Numbered from the stretch's first letter, positions 12,451 to 25,128 are shown. The stretch is 64,000 nucleotides of DNA from Octopus vulgaris (GCA_951406725.2 OX597818.1:9796001-9860000), one strand, 5' to 3'. The notes: generated by a model not told the origin, from the sequence alone. A program made the numbers and translations.

Positions 12451-14469
12451 TTGATTTCTAGTTCAATACATTCTAGCTATAAGTATTATTGTTGTTACGT
12501 CAGAAGCGTTTAGTATATCCTAAACATATATATATATACTATATGGAGATGTTAAAACAGTCAGTTTGTGCTGTAATCTCTGGTTAAACTTGTCATGCTT
12601 AATATTCCCATCCTTTGAAGAAAATATAAGAGTACGTAACGGGACTTCTTTTTAAGACAGAAGGGTTTTTGTTTGGTGGTGGGGCAATTGGCTGTTAGCT
12701 CTGTGTGGATAAAGGAACATATAAAGGCTGTTGCTTTGTAATGGTTTCATCCCCTTTTAAACAAGAAGTTGTATGACAGCGTGCTGAGTATAAGAAATAT
12801 AGCTTTTCTTCTGTTTGAAAAAACGTGTTGAGGAAAGAGGTGGAATCCTAATCAGATTTGATTCGACACCAGAACTATTTCGCTTTAATCATGTTACTGA
12901 AGTTCATATGAAAGACATTAAAGCATAACATTCCCTTACCTGACTCTTTAAAATTTCAAACCTTCAACATTTTAACATTGTAAGGTATCACTTATATACA
13001 TATAATGATGATTTATGCTCACTAACACAACCCTCCCCACCACTTTTTTGGAATAGATTGGAATGGATGAGAGTCAATTAAATTGAACAAGAATATATTA
13101 CAGTTAGGAGAGAGAAACTTGCTTCAGGGATACGTGAACTTAGAAATGTAAAAACAAGGCAGCCTTTTGTGAAAGGTAAAGTTGAATATATTGTAGTATG
13201 TTGCTGATGTTCGTTTTCTCGGTCCTTACCAAGCTGAAAGACAAGCTCAACTCGTCGTTGAGTGATGTCTATGCTGGGGTACAAAGTTATCTGTTAACCG
13301 TATTTTTATAATATAGGTTTCTAACATTTTCTTAAAGTCATAAGAATTTACGAGAGATCTAAAGTTAAATGGATTAGCGACAGCATGTGCTTTATGAAGA
13401 ATAAGAAGGAAACAGCTATTTTGTATAGTTCAGGCAACAATTGGTGAGTATCGTCTTGACTTTGCTGGTTTCTGAAACGGGTAGGGCGTGAAGAGGAAAA
13501 CATGCGCCTCATGGTTTGGGGCAGTACAAAGCAATACATCAGGGTACATCATGGTGAAATACTTGCAACAGAATGGTCTCTAGCAAATGCACTCGTGAGG
13601 CAGGCAGTGATGGTGTTAAAGAAGGTGCCTGACTGACAACACGATCCTAAAAGATATGAAATTGCTATGACAGGCTTCCATACATTTTCAGTACTCAATT
13701 TCAATTCAAGGTTTGGGTTAACTTTGAGGCTTGGTAGAATATACATATCCAAAGCCAACGTCCTATGCAATGAGATCGAACACAGTATCTGTGATTACGA
13801 AACACTACTTCTTAACTGCTTGGATATACCTACGCCTAAATAATATACGTTTTATTATTTAGTGAAGTAAGCATTCACAAATTTAATATAGTAAGTATAA
13901 CTCTAATTAATCGAAGACACCTGTGTCGTAGAAAGATAAACATTATTTAATAATGTTTAAGTAAATCAAAAGAAAGGGAAGGACAGCAAGTCAAAATAGA
14001 AGTGAAAAATTGTTTATATAGTTTATACTCGTTCTTACATCAGTTTATAATTATTTGGAGTATTAGAATAAGCATAACAATTATGTTTGGGTAGGCGTGG
14101 TCAATTAAAACAAACTCAATACTTTATTTCAGTTTATCACTGTAGAAATAATAAAACACAAAGACATCCTCAGACAGATCAAAGTAACGAAATATTACAG
14201 GTAAATTTGTTGTACGCTCTACTGACTGCATTTCTCATCATTCTGACATTTATTTGTGTTAACTAAAGTATCAGACATGTTGTAGAGATTTTTATAGCAA
14301 ACAGATGAATCACAGAATGAAGTTAAAATAACACAAATATTTAAGCGACACATGGTATATTAGCATGAAAAAAATCTAATTAGCTGTCGGATGAGACTTA
14401 TGGCATTTCTTAGTTGCAACAACTTCATGCAACGGCATTAAAATAATATACATTCTGTTTATACGCTCC

Positions 14470-14700
14470 AGAGTATTTACATGTCTCGTTAGACCGTAAG
14501 TGTGTATCTGGAAAGTCGCTCAACAAGATGCAGGGCAAGGCAAGACTGTTAAGGAAGCGGTTGTATGAGAAGTAGCAGTTCACGAGTTTGCCTTCTTCAT
14601 GACACAAGGTTGTCCATAGGTCAATAGGGCTCGGTGCCAGTGTGCTCCTCCACGTTGCCGCTCAGTGGGAAAGGGCTGGAAATGACGCTGCAGGCATTCT
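14470..14700 (-). mobile_element. Degenerate CR1/L2-type LINE 3' end
   Basis: NCYFSYNRFLNSLALPCILLSDFPDTH loosely resembles the ..NSFF.R..WN.LP...FP motif. Confidence 0.35.
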
Positions 14701-15475
14701 ATATTCTAGCAATTGCACCCGTCTACCATCCGAGATCGGTGATTTATTTATGGAACATGAAAGAATATAATGCAAAGTTGACTTCAGCAAGATTTGAATA
14801 TCCGAACAAAATATTTCGATGTATTTTATCAAACTTTCTGTTGACCCTCTCATTTCGAACTATACATTTTAGACTATAAGACCTAATAACTACAGTTTAA
14901 AGATCTCCTGAACTGAACCTATCAGGCAGTATTGACAGTAATGTGGCCCAAAACGATTCAAAGTTTTCTATGACACGATATTGATAGTTATCAGGATTTC
15001 TAATAGCTTGATCATAATAGTTGGATCGATCACGGCAGATCTGGGGTTAAAACTGCAATAACGTCTATATGATTGGCAAAGGCATCACTTGAGAATTTTC
15101 AAGATAATAGGATATAGGACTTACGGCAGAAAATTAACTTTCAAGAAGCTCAGACCTCCTACTTGTAATTCATATAGCTATAAACAGTAGTAGCACTGCT
15201 GTATTGACAAATTTTGCATTAGCAGATATTTACACGCGCATATACACATATGCATGCACACATGCCCATATATGTCATCATAACCATATATTCCTATGAA
15301 GAATCAACATTATTACCGTTCTTATTGTTTCATTTAAGTGCATAGATTTTGACTAGTTTCAACATATTTAAACTCAAATTACTTTCATCGATAAAATTGT
15401 TAAAGATAGGGAATAAAAAAATCTAATAACCTTTGAAAAATAAATGAAGAGGGCCTTTATTCACTTATAAATATT

Positions 15476-15643
15476 GGTTTCAAATTTTGGGACTAGGGCA
15501 GCAATTTCGTGCGACTAAGTCGATTACATCGATCCCAGTGTTCGACTGATATTTATTTCATCGAGCCTCGGAAACTACAGACGAACAAAATGCCGCTAAG
15601 CATTTTGCCAGGCGTTCTAACGATTCTGCCAGCTCGCTGCCCT
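15476..15643 (-). mobile_element. SINE family B (internally deleted)
   Basis: gtcgattacatcgatcccagt...atgccgctaagcattttgccaggcgttctaacgattctgccagctcgc. Confidence 0.85.
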
Positions 15644-15776
15644 ATTCACTGACAAACATTGCCATGGTTTAATACAGAAACTTGTAAGCTAAGATTGCTA
15701 TTATTAACATAATAGTTCAAAAACTGACAAAAAGAAATATGTGAAAATCAAAGTAATAGAATGTATTTCTCAAGTA

Positions 15777-16180
15777 TAGGCGCTGGCATGGCTGTGTGAT
15801 TAATGCTTGCTTTGCAGCTACTTGGTTTCGGGTTCATTCCTACTGCGCAGCACCTAGGGCTTCTGTGAAAGCCCCGTGGCTGACCAATGTTTTGTAAGTG
15901 AATTTGGTAAACGTAAATTCTGATACATATAGATATGCTTATATATACATGTGTATGCGCGTGTATAAATTTGTTTTTCCTTCACCACTACCACCACTTC
16001 ACAGCTAATATTGCTTTGTTTACATGCATGTTTTACTTGCGGTTCGGCAAAAGAGATCGATAGAATAAGAAAAGTACCAGACAATAAAAATAAGTAATGG
16101 GATCGATTTGCTGGACTAAATTCTTCAAGGAGTGCCACTGCGTAACTGCAGTCCTGTGAGTGAAACAAATATAAGAAAAC
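15777..16180 (+). mobile_element. SINE family A, diverged
   Basis: ggcgctggcatggctgtgtg...gggttcattcctactgcg...gcggttcggcaaaagagatcgatagaataag...gtgaaacaaat. Confidence 0.8.
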
Positions 16181-16469
16181 AAGAAAAAAGTAATATGAAT
16201 GGGTTTCGAAGTCCTCTAAATAAACATAGAACCAAAGGAAGCCTTAGTAAAAGGTTAAAGGTGTATCCACTCATTAAGGAAAACTTACCATTCTGAATTG
16301 AGTTGCTTTACCATCTGCCGATTTAGGAATTGTTGACGGTTTAGTAAGGAGTAAACAAAACCTTCAACGTAAAGTACTTATTAGTTTACAGTTTTTTTTT
16401 CTTTCTCAAACACAAATATTCTGCTAACTGACATTCAGCACAGGTAAATCTTTAGAATGGGGGTAAACG

Positions 16470-16832
16470 AGTAATTTCTTACTTTATTTCCTTTGTACTC
16501 TGAGCCATTACTATCTTTCAGTATCTTAATATATCATTGGAAACATACCACGACTTACATTTCGAAATCCGTAAATTTCTGGGTCACTGTTGATGGTAAA
16601 TGATGAGAAATTGCTGTTTGAGGATGGGTGTGGAAGGGGAACGTCGAAAATAAGCAAGGTAAGTATTTCTGAATCACATAAAAGAATAAATATATCTGAC
16701 AAATGCCTAGAAATTGGTAAAGAAATGTGCAGGAATGTTAAGCGCATCACTGTACTTTTGACAGCAAGGGCGAACATTTCAAATATTAGTTGGCCTCTAA
16801 ATGTTTTCTCCTTCATTGAAAAGTTCCTCTGA
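16470..16832 (+). pseudogene. Neuropeptide (NPY/NPF-type) GPCR relic, TM5-TM6
   Basis: TIFQYLNISLETYHDLHFEIRKFL (TM5-like), then RNVKRITVLLTARANISNISWPLNVFSFIEKFL, close to the FxxSWLPLN TM6 signature; stops and frameshifts present. Confidence 0.5.
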
Positions 16833-17629
16833 TGTCTTAGAAGATCATATATTTCTTCAGGGGAGAGAAATTACTGAAGTGATGGTTCCGTAAAGACATT
16901 ATGCCAGTGTTGTCATAAAAATAAAAATAAAAATGGCAAAGAAAGCAAATTTGGAAGAATGTCGAAAATTCTATAATTATATTTGCTAGCATTCAGACAA
17001 ATAGGATATGGATATATTCGCTAAAGACATGGCTCTCTGATAATATTAGTAGAAAAGAAGTTCTTTAAAATAATTTACCAAAGGGTAGCTTAATCTCAGA
17101 AAATGACTAGATGTCATTTTAAAATACGTATCAGAGTTATGGCCAGCATCAGAGGCTGATTTAATATGCTCTAATATGCTGACGTTTAATCTAATACTTC
17201 ACCTCTTTGATCTATTTTGGAATATAGTTCTATAGATCTTCAAATGGAAAAGTTATTTGCCATATTCATTGGTTAGATTACAGCATAATCATCTTGTACA
17301 TATTTTGCGGTTCATTTTTATTATTTATTTTTGTTTTCATAAAGCATATTTCGACCTTTCTTAGTATCACACATGCACACATGCACACATACTTACTCAT
17401 ACACACATAATCTTATCTATACGCACACATACCTTAAAACATTAGTTAACCATATATCTTATTCTAAGACTGCACAAATATATTCATATGAATATCTTTT
17501 TATTGGTATAGCAGTATATTCATACCTCATATTTTTTTGCATCACGCTAAGGGAAGGAACGAAAAGGAGAAAGAGGAGACGATAGCCAGAGAGAAAAGAA
17601 GGGAAAATAAAAGAGATGGCAATGGTAAA

Positions 17630-17908
17630 TGGTGGTGGCGGCGGCGGCGGTGACGGCGGCGGTGACGGTGGTGGTGGTGGTGGTGGTGGTGGTGGTGGTG
17701 GTGGTGATGGTGGTGGCGGCGGTGGGATTGTGGTGGTGGTGGTGATGGCGGCGGCGGCGGCGGCGGTGGTGGTTGTGGTGGTGGCGGCGGCGGTGGGATG
17801 GTGGTGGTGGTGGTGGTGGTGGTGATGGCGGAGGCGGTGGTGGCGGAGGCGGCGGAGGCTGTGGTGGTGGCGGCGGCGGCGGCGGCGGTGGTGGTGGTGG
17901 TGGTGGTA
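17630..17908. repeat. (GGT/GGC)n low-complexity tract
   Basis: Read directly; source of the poly-G/P/H artefact ORFs. Confidence 0.95.
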
Positions 17909-18574
17909 CTTATTTGCTGCATATTTATTTGCTGATGTTGATAGTCATATTGGTTCAGGTGGTGGTGACGATATTTACTTGCAATGAGGTGAGAACGTTA
18001 AATCATACGTATTTTCTTTTAAATTACAGTTCACATCAATAAAGTACTCCGCTGTCAGATTCTTACTACTTAAACCAATACTTTACCAAAATCATCACAA
18101 CACAAAATTATTACAGTTCTCAGTGTATGTAGCTGTATATAGCTCTATAAGTATGTATATGTATGTTTACTCACGCGTATAAATGTGTCGCCATTCATTC
18201 AACGACGTTTCATTCATTTTTTATCCCATCATTTCTCTGTTACCGCCTCCACTAACACTTGTCTAACAGTTTCTGCCTCGCCATCCTTCCCTGCCTTTTT
18301 ATCTACATCCCCCTCTTTGTTTCTATTTACCTAGATAGGTAGATTGATCTATCTATCAACGTATCCAATCTTGCTTGCTTTTTGTAGTCGTTTGCCCCAT
18401 CATAAAATTAGGAAAACTATTATTCTAAGTAATTGTGTGTAAATGTGAGTGTTTGAGTATACCTGTCTATCTGTGCGCGCCTGTGTGTCTGTGTGTGTGT
18501 TCATGTGTGTATGCATAAATGTATGTATGTATGCATACATATCTTTATATTCATATATGAATGTATGTACCTCC

Positions 18575-18875
18575 TGTTTTCTTTGTTTCAATCATTTGAC
18601 TGCAGGGTGGAAGTATTTAGATGAAGAAATTAGCCCTAGTACTTATTTCAAAAGCTAGTACTTATTCTGTTGGTACAAACTAATACAATTTTCAAGAAAT
18701 GGTAGGTGACAAGCATAAAGACAGACAGACAGACAGACACACCACACCCGCACACTTACACACATCTATTCATACTAAATACACACACATATACGATAGG
18801 GCAGCATAAAGCATTGGTCGTAGAAGACAATATCTAAAGTTGCCGTTCATTGGTCCTTAACGACACGTCTATGCC
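18575..18875 (-). mobile_element. SINE family A, degenerate
   Basis: tgtttcaatcatttgactgca...tagtacttattct...gcattggtcgtagaagac. Confidence 0.6.
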
Positions 18876-19000
18876 TATATATAAATATATATATCTGTGT
18901 GTATGTGTATCTATGTATGTATGTATGGTATGTATGCATGCATGCATAATGTAGAACAGCAGAAGTATTTTAACAACGCCCTGTATAGGTTCTACTTCAG

Positions 19001-19310
19001 ATCAAAATGTCTGGTGTAGCTTCAACAACACATCCAAATTCTCTACGGTGTAAAGAGCAAAGTATTTAAAAAATATGCCTATGGAATCACACGTCACAAA
19101 CTCGAAAACGCTGGTATTCAAATTTCAGTTGAATGTGTGGACCCTTCATTTCCTGAGCGACCAAAGACAGATGTTGATAGCCAACAAAACCCTAACCCGA
19201 GTGTTCATAGTAGGAAGTGCTGTGTCGTTCTTATTCCCCTTCAGTTATTCATAATTGTCAGAGAAAACTACGCAGTCCGTGATACCGAACAACTACGAGC
19301 ACATCACTAA
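19001..19310 (+). pseudogene. GPCR TM7/helix 8/C-tail exon, probably the same gene as 16470-16832
   Basis: Acceptor ttctacttcag ends at 19000; MSGVASTTHP-(+1)-ILYGVKSKVFKKY resembles NPILYG; frame 19020-19310 is open for 96 codons. Confidence 0.5.
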
Positions 19311-20441
19311 TATGATACTAACAAATTAGGACATATGTGTTTGCGCGTGTATGTATGTGTTTCAAGTATTATAGCCTTATCTACCCGTTAGAGGCGGTAC
19401 AAACGCATTCAGTAAATTAAAGTAAAATCGTAGAAATTAAGTATTGTGTGCTCTTCTGGGTATTATGTTCACTCATTCGAATATTGGCAGAAAAGACATG
19501 TCAGAAAATATTTGTGAATAATCTTGTTCGAAACTTGGAAAAATCTTGTTCCAATAAAACAGAGAAAAATAGGCAATAGAGCTACTCTCTGACATCAACC
19601 TCACATACAGGAATCTATACAGCAATAGTTTTCTATCCAAAGTTAATGAGTTGTCTAAATGTCTTCCAAAACAATTATGAAACACGGCCAAAAGTTTCGT
19701 CTGACACGCTTAATGTTACCAAATTTCATTCCTGATACATATTAGATCAGACATTTCTGTCTAACGTAGATATCAGATTAAGCATCTGCAAAAGTCTACA
19801 ATGAAAGTGTATTTTTTTATACTTATTCGTTGGATAAGCATTTTGTTATGGCAAATCATATTGAACAAACCAATCCATCGACAAATCAGAATCTTAGAAC
19901 ATTCAAATTGGAAGTAAGTGATCCAGTATGGCCTTGACAATATGATGGATGAAATATACTAAAACTCACTAAAGAAAAATATCGTGCGTATATATATATA
20001 TATGTATATCCAGTAATGCATGTCTGTGCGTGTCCATAAATGTTCCTTTTTATGTGTAATTATATACATAAAACAGACAGACATTAATTGAAAGATCACA
20101 CAGTAAAGTTAAAGTAGCGTATCACATTGCTTTGATATGAAAAATATTGCCATTAACTTCGAAGTTTGTCCCGGCATTGGCTTAGACACGAAGGTTTTTT
20201 TGAAACTTATCGTTATTTTCAGATCACCGTGTGGGTGGGGCATTTTTACAATGCAAACTTAGTTTAGTGGTGTGTGTGTGTATTTGTGTGTGTTTGTGAC
20301 ACGTACAAAAAATAGATAAAAATTTTATTGATTGTTTGATTGGCTGAGAAGGAATAAAAAAATAATATGATTAAATTAATATATATTAATATATCAAATT
20401 GATTGCAAATATATTTCTGTAGATTTACAATAACGTGTTAT

Positions 20442-20444
<3 letters not shown>

Positions 20445-20478
<34 letters not shown>

Positions 20479-20604
20479 AAAAAAAAGTAGGAGGAGGAGG
20501 AGGAGGAGGAGGAGGCGGGGGAGGGGAGGAGAGGAGGAGAAGAAGAAGAAGAAGAAGAAGAAGAAGAAGAAGAAGAAGAAGAAGAAGAAGAAGAAGAAGA
20601 AGAA
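20445..20604. repeat. (GA)n-(GGA)n-(GAA)n polypurine tract
   Basis: Read directly from the sequence. Confidence 0.95.
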
Positions 20605-21223
20605 TATAGGATGGCGGCGAAAAGGACCAGGTGGGTCCATACACACCGAATTCGGTGAGCGTCTACTTTGTTATATAATTGCAAATTGATTTATGTTTGG
20701 TGTAATAATAAAAGAATATTTTTCAATATTACTGTTTTGAATCTTTCAGCTATATATGTAAACAGGTGAAATGGAGGTTACAATTAAATGTAAGCAGAGG
20801 TCAAAGACAGGTTAAGTTCTGTGATTTGTGCGGAAAGGTCATGCCCGAACAATTCTTAAACTGGGCAAGAGATTTATTTTTAAAATCAGGCGATTGTATA
20901 TAAGGAATAGAAAATTATTAACAAACATTTATCATCAGTGACTAATACAATTATGCATACGTATGTACAGCTACAAAATTTATATGCATCCTTGCAAATT
21001 AGTATATATAAACCTACACATATGGACACTCACAAACACATATCAGAATATACACATCACAACAAATATATATATACACACATTCATACATATATGTGTG
21101 TGTGTATATATATATTCATATACATATGTGTGTGTATATATATGTATAAATATATGTGTGTGTATATATATGTATATATATATTGTTACGTCGCAATACA
21201 CAGTGGCTGTGTGAGATATGAAA

Positions 21224-21350
21224 TCCTCGTCGCCATTGTTATTTCGCACGTTCAGATGACCTCTACTCACCTCATCGACTTCTAGACTTCTCCCTCTATA
21301 TCTACGTATTGGGCCAGCCTACTTCATCGTCTGGGGACGTCGACACAACA
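21224..21350 (-). mobile_element. Short LTR (TG..CA, 21237-21350) followed by a Gypsy-type primer-binding site
   Basis: Minus strand reads TGTTGTGTCGAC...GAAATAACA-A-TGGCGACGAGGA; embedded in (TA)n. Confidence 0.6.
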
Positions 21351-21365
21351 TATATATATATATAT

Positions 21366-21772
21366 TTCTTTTATTTTCTTTTACTTGTTTCAGTCATTTG
21401 ACTGCGGCCATGCTGGAGCACCGCCTTTTAGTCGAGCAAATCGATCCCGGGATTTATTCTTTGTAAGCCCAGTACTTATTCTATCGGTCTCTTTTTGCCG
21501 AACCGCTAAGTGACGGCGACGTAAACACACCAGCATCGGTTGTCAAGCAATGCTAGGGGGACAAATGCAGACACAAAAACACACACACATACATACATAT
21601 ATACATGTATACGACAGGCTTCTTTCAGTTTCCCTCTACCAAATCCACTCACAAGGCATTGGTCGGCCCGGGGCTATAGCAGAAGACACTTGCCCAAGAT
21701 GCCACGCAGTGTGACTGAACCCGGAACCATGTGGCTGGTTAGCAAGCTACTTACCACACAGCCACTTCTGCG

Positions 21773-21773
<1 letters not shown>
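21366..21773 (-). mobile_element. SINE family A, full length, young
   Basis: Complete reverse complement from gcgcagaagtggctgtgtggtaag to gactgaaacaagtaaaagaaaataaaaga, flanked by (TA)n. Confidence 0.92.
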
Positions 21774-21828
<55 letters not shown>

Positions 21829-21843
21829 GTATATATATGTATA

Positions 21844-21890
<47 letters not shown>

Positions 21891-21944
21891 GTATGTATCG
21901 TATCTATCTATCTATCTATATATATATATATATATATATATAGC

Positions 21945-22145
21945 AATATCGATAAATCTGAAATGCAAAAAGTTTGTTTGTCTGGTTTTGGCATTGGAAC
22001 GGGTTAAAGGGCATTAGATCCCGTCGGATTCGCTCCGAAATTTACAGGGACATGTAAAATGAGGTGAGGATATGAGTGGGCTGGGTTAAAAATCCCTATC
22101 TCAAAAGCTATAGTTACTAGGGGAAAAAACCCGCACTTTGACAAG
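21945..22145 (+). mobile_element. Possible Helitron/HINE-like non-autonomous 5' terminus
   Basis: ataaatctgaaatgcaaaaagtttgtttgtctg...cggattcgctccgaaattt resembles Helitron 5' ends; no 3' CTRR hairpin identified. Confidence 0.25.
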
Positions 22146-22632
22146 TCTTTTTCGTTACTCTCATTCTCTTATCTGTCTGTCTTCCTCCAGCTCTCTCTCT
22201 CTCTTTCATCCCTTCCCTTCACGTACTCTCTATAATGACGTGTGACAAATCAACTATCTTTCCCCCGCCGCCTTGGCCAGCGGTCTCACATTTTCTATCA
22301 CATCCCCTCTCTCTATTTCTCTCTACGTCTGTCTGCATTCATAGAGCGAATTATTATCGCCACCACCACCACCACACAATCATGAAAACAAATATTTGTT
22401 TTCATGTTTGTGTGGTGGTGGTGGTGGCGATAATCATTGGGTTAATTTATATATGTGTGCGCGTGTGTTCTATATATAAACATGTATATATAATGTGTGT
22501 ATATATATAAATTGTATATATCTGTATTTATATATATATATATATAAAATTTGTATACATTTGTATATATGCGTACACACACACACACACACATATATAT
22601 TTAATGCGTATATGGATCTCAGAACAACAGGG

Positions 22633-22706
22633 CTCTTACCGATGAATTCTCCCTGAGCAAATAAATTATCTTTATTGCTGAAAAGAACGAAACTGCAGTC
22701 TAAGAG
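22633..22706 (+). ncRNA. Type I hammerhead ribozyme, copy 1
   Basis: Stem I CTCTTA/TAAGAG; core CCGATGA; stem II aTTCT..AGAAc with an inner agcaaataaa/tttattgct hairpin; GAAA; palindromic CTGCAG; GTC cleavage after 22700. Confidence 0.85.
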
Positions 22707-23029
22707 GAACCAAGTTAGTAAATGTTTTTATCTTCATTTCACTAAATTTATCTAGCTTCTGTGTTCCTAGCACATATTTCGCCTTAATGTATTGATATAT
22801 GAAAAATATATGGCTTGTGCTAGAAATACCAGCGATAAAAATTATTTTTATTTTATCGCAATTTGACTTGTTTACATATTTCTCGATAAATTTTGAGCGC
22901 TAGACGATATACCAGAAATCCCTAATTTTGTCGGGACGTTCTGAGTCTGCGCAGTGATCTGATTAGTTAGAGAGAGTAAATCATTAGAATCACATGCTTC
23001 TAGTGAGTTAGGATCTCAGAACAACAGGG

Positions 23030-23103
23030 CTCTTACCGATGAATTCTCCCTGAGCAAATAAATTATCTTTATTGCTGAAAAGAACGAAACTGCAGTCTAA
23101 GAG
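23030..23103 (+). ncRNA. Type I hammerhead ribozyme, copy 2
   Basis: Identical to copy 1; predicted cleavage after 23097. Confidence 0.85.
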
Positions 23104-23423
23104 GAACCAAGTTAGTAAATGTTTTTATCTTCATTTCACTAAATTTATCTAGCTTCTGTGTTCCTAGCACATATTTCGCCTTAATGTACTGATATATGAA
23201 AAATATATGGCTTGTGCTAGAAATACCAGCGATAAAAATTATTTTTATTTTATCGCAATTTGACTTGTTTACATATTTCTCGATAAATTTTGAGCGCTAG
23301 ACGATATACCAGAAATCCTAATTTTGTCGGGACGTTCTGAGTCTGCGCAGTGATCTGATTAGTTTGAGAGAGTAAATCATTAGAAGCACATGCTTCTATA
23401 GTTAGGATATCAGAACAACAGGG

Positions 23424-23497
23424 CTCTTACCGATGAATTCTCCCTGAGCAAATAAATTATCTTTATTGCTGAAAAGAATGAAACTGCAGTCTAAGAG
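23424..23497 (+). ncRNA. Type I hammerhead ribozyme, copy 3
   Basis: As copy 1 but with AGAAT, giving a Watson-Crick A-U pair at the base of stem II; predicted cleavage after 23491. Confidence 0.87.
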
Positions 23498-23660
23498 GAA
23501 CCAAGTTAGTAAATGTTTTTATCTTCATTTCACTAAATTTATCTAGCTTCTGTGTTCCTAGCACATATTTCGCCTTAATGTACTGATATATGAAAAATAT
23601 ATGGCTTGTGCTAGAAATACCAGCGATAAAAATTATTTTTATTTTATCGCAATTTGACTT

Positions 23661-23697
<37 letters not shown>

Positions 23698-25128
23698 ATA
23701 TATATAAATATATATATATATATACATGCATATATATATACATATATATATATATGTGTCTGTGTGCATTATGTGGTCGGTTGAGATGAAAATATGCACA
23801 CCTATGTTAAAAGTGCTGGTGAGTTTGCATGGCAACTATTTTTTTCCTCAAATAAAAGGCGTGACCTCTAGGACAAAATTCCTCATCTTATAAAATGTGG
23901 CCCGAGTAGACCCGAATGAAATCGGGTTATATTAACCAAAATGTGAAAAGGGGTCTAAATGGGGCTGGAAGAGGATTAACATTTCCTGGCTTTAAGGGTA
24001 TCGCGAAAGTCCTGGTTGAGTTCTTTTACGGGACTTAGACAAATTGAAGGACCGCTGCAATAAGTGTGTGAATGTGAGAGGAGAATGTATTGAAGGAAAT
24101 CATAACTAACTGATCTTCCGGTAATGTTTTCTAGCCGAAACCAGGAAAATTTCGGCACCGTCTTGGACATAGACATTGAAACAAATGCATACCCATACAT
24201 TTACTTATATGTGCACAAGATATATATACATACACAATATATATATATATATATGTATACATATTACTGTTCTATATTTAAGAGATGAGGAATTATGTAT
24301 ATTATTTAAATTTGACGGATATTCTTTTATTCTTTTTTCACCTCATGTCCCGCTCTTAAACACGTCTGTTGAAAAATCTTAGCATCAATTTATTACACTA
24401 ATACACTTTAGAGTATATATTTTATATCTTTATTTCTACTCACGCTATGAAACAATCGATGAAAGGGCTCTCTGTATCACAACAGTACGCACTATTAATA
24501 CACGCTACCGACATATCAATCACTAAATTTCACTCACAAGATGAACCAAAAATAAACAAAAGGCGTAGAATACCCAAAGTGTTTGCCTTCAAATGAAACG
24601 TTAAATTCCCCGTCAGTATTTCTTTATTAATATATGTATGAGAGTATGTGTGTGTGTGTGTGTGTGCGCGTGCAAGCTTGTGTCTACATATACAGACACA
24701 AAGATACACTCAGTAACATGCACACGCACATGCGTATATATACATAACTAACTATCTATATATTTATTTATGTGTGTATGTATGTATCTATATGTGTGTG
24801 TGTGCGTGTGTGTGTATGTATATATATATGTATATATGTGATCATAAAAGATAAAATCATTAAAATTAATGAATTTTATCAGAGGCCAGCATATAAAGAT
24901 CCTTCTAGATAAAACACATATATAGAAATATATAGGTGTATAGGTTACAATTTTAGTTAAGTGCACGGAAGCTACGATCCCTATATGCTGAAAATAGACG
25001 TGAAGATCTGCAGTGGCTGGACGTATTTGACGTCTATTTTCAGTATAGAGGCATGGGACTCCTGTGCCCTTAAGTATAATTGTATCTTATATAATTATCT
25101 CTCTCTCTTGTGTGTATATATATATATA

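Larger units (their letters stand above)
22614..23665 (+). repeat. Tandem array, about 2.65 copies of a 397/394-bp unit (retrozyme-like)
   Basis: Unit starts at 22614, 23011 and 23405; the copies differ by a handful of substitutions and one small indel; flanked by TA-rich microsatellite. Confidence 0.97.

Noticed and set aside
17542-18042. Gly-rich and Pro/His-rich ORFs resembling structural proteins
   Set aside because: GGT/GGC low-complexity tract open in several frames, with no signal peptide or exon context.
22614-23665. CRISPR array or simple assembly duplication
   Set aside because: No unique spacers. The copies carry distinct substitutions and an indel, which argues against an exact artefact.
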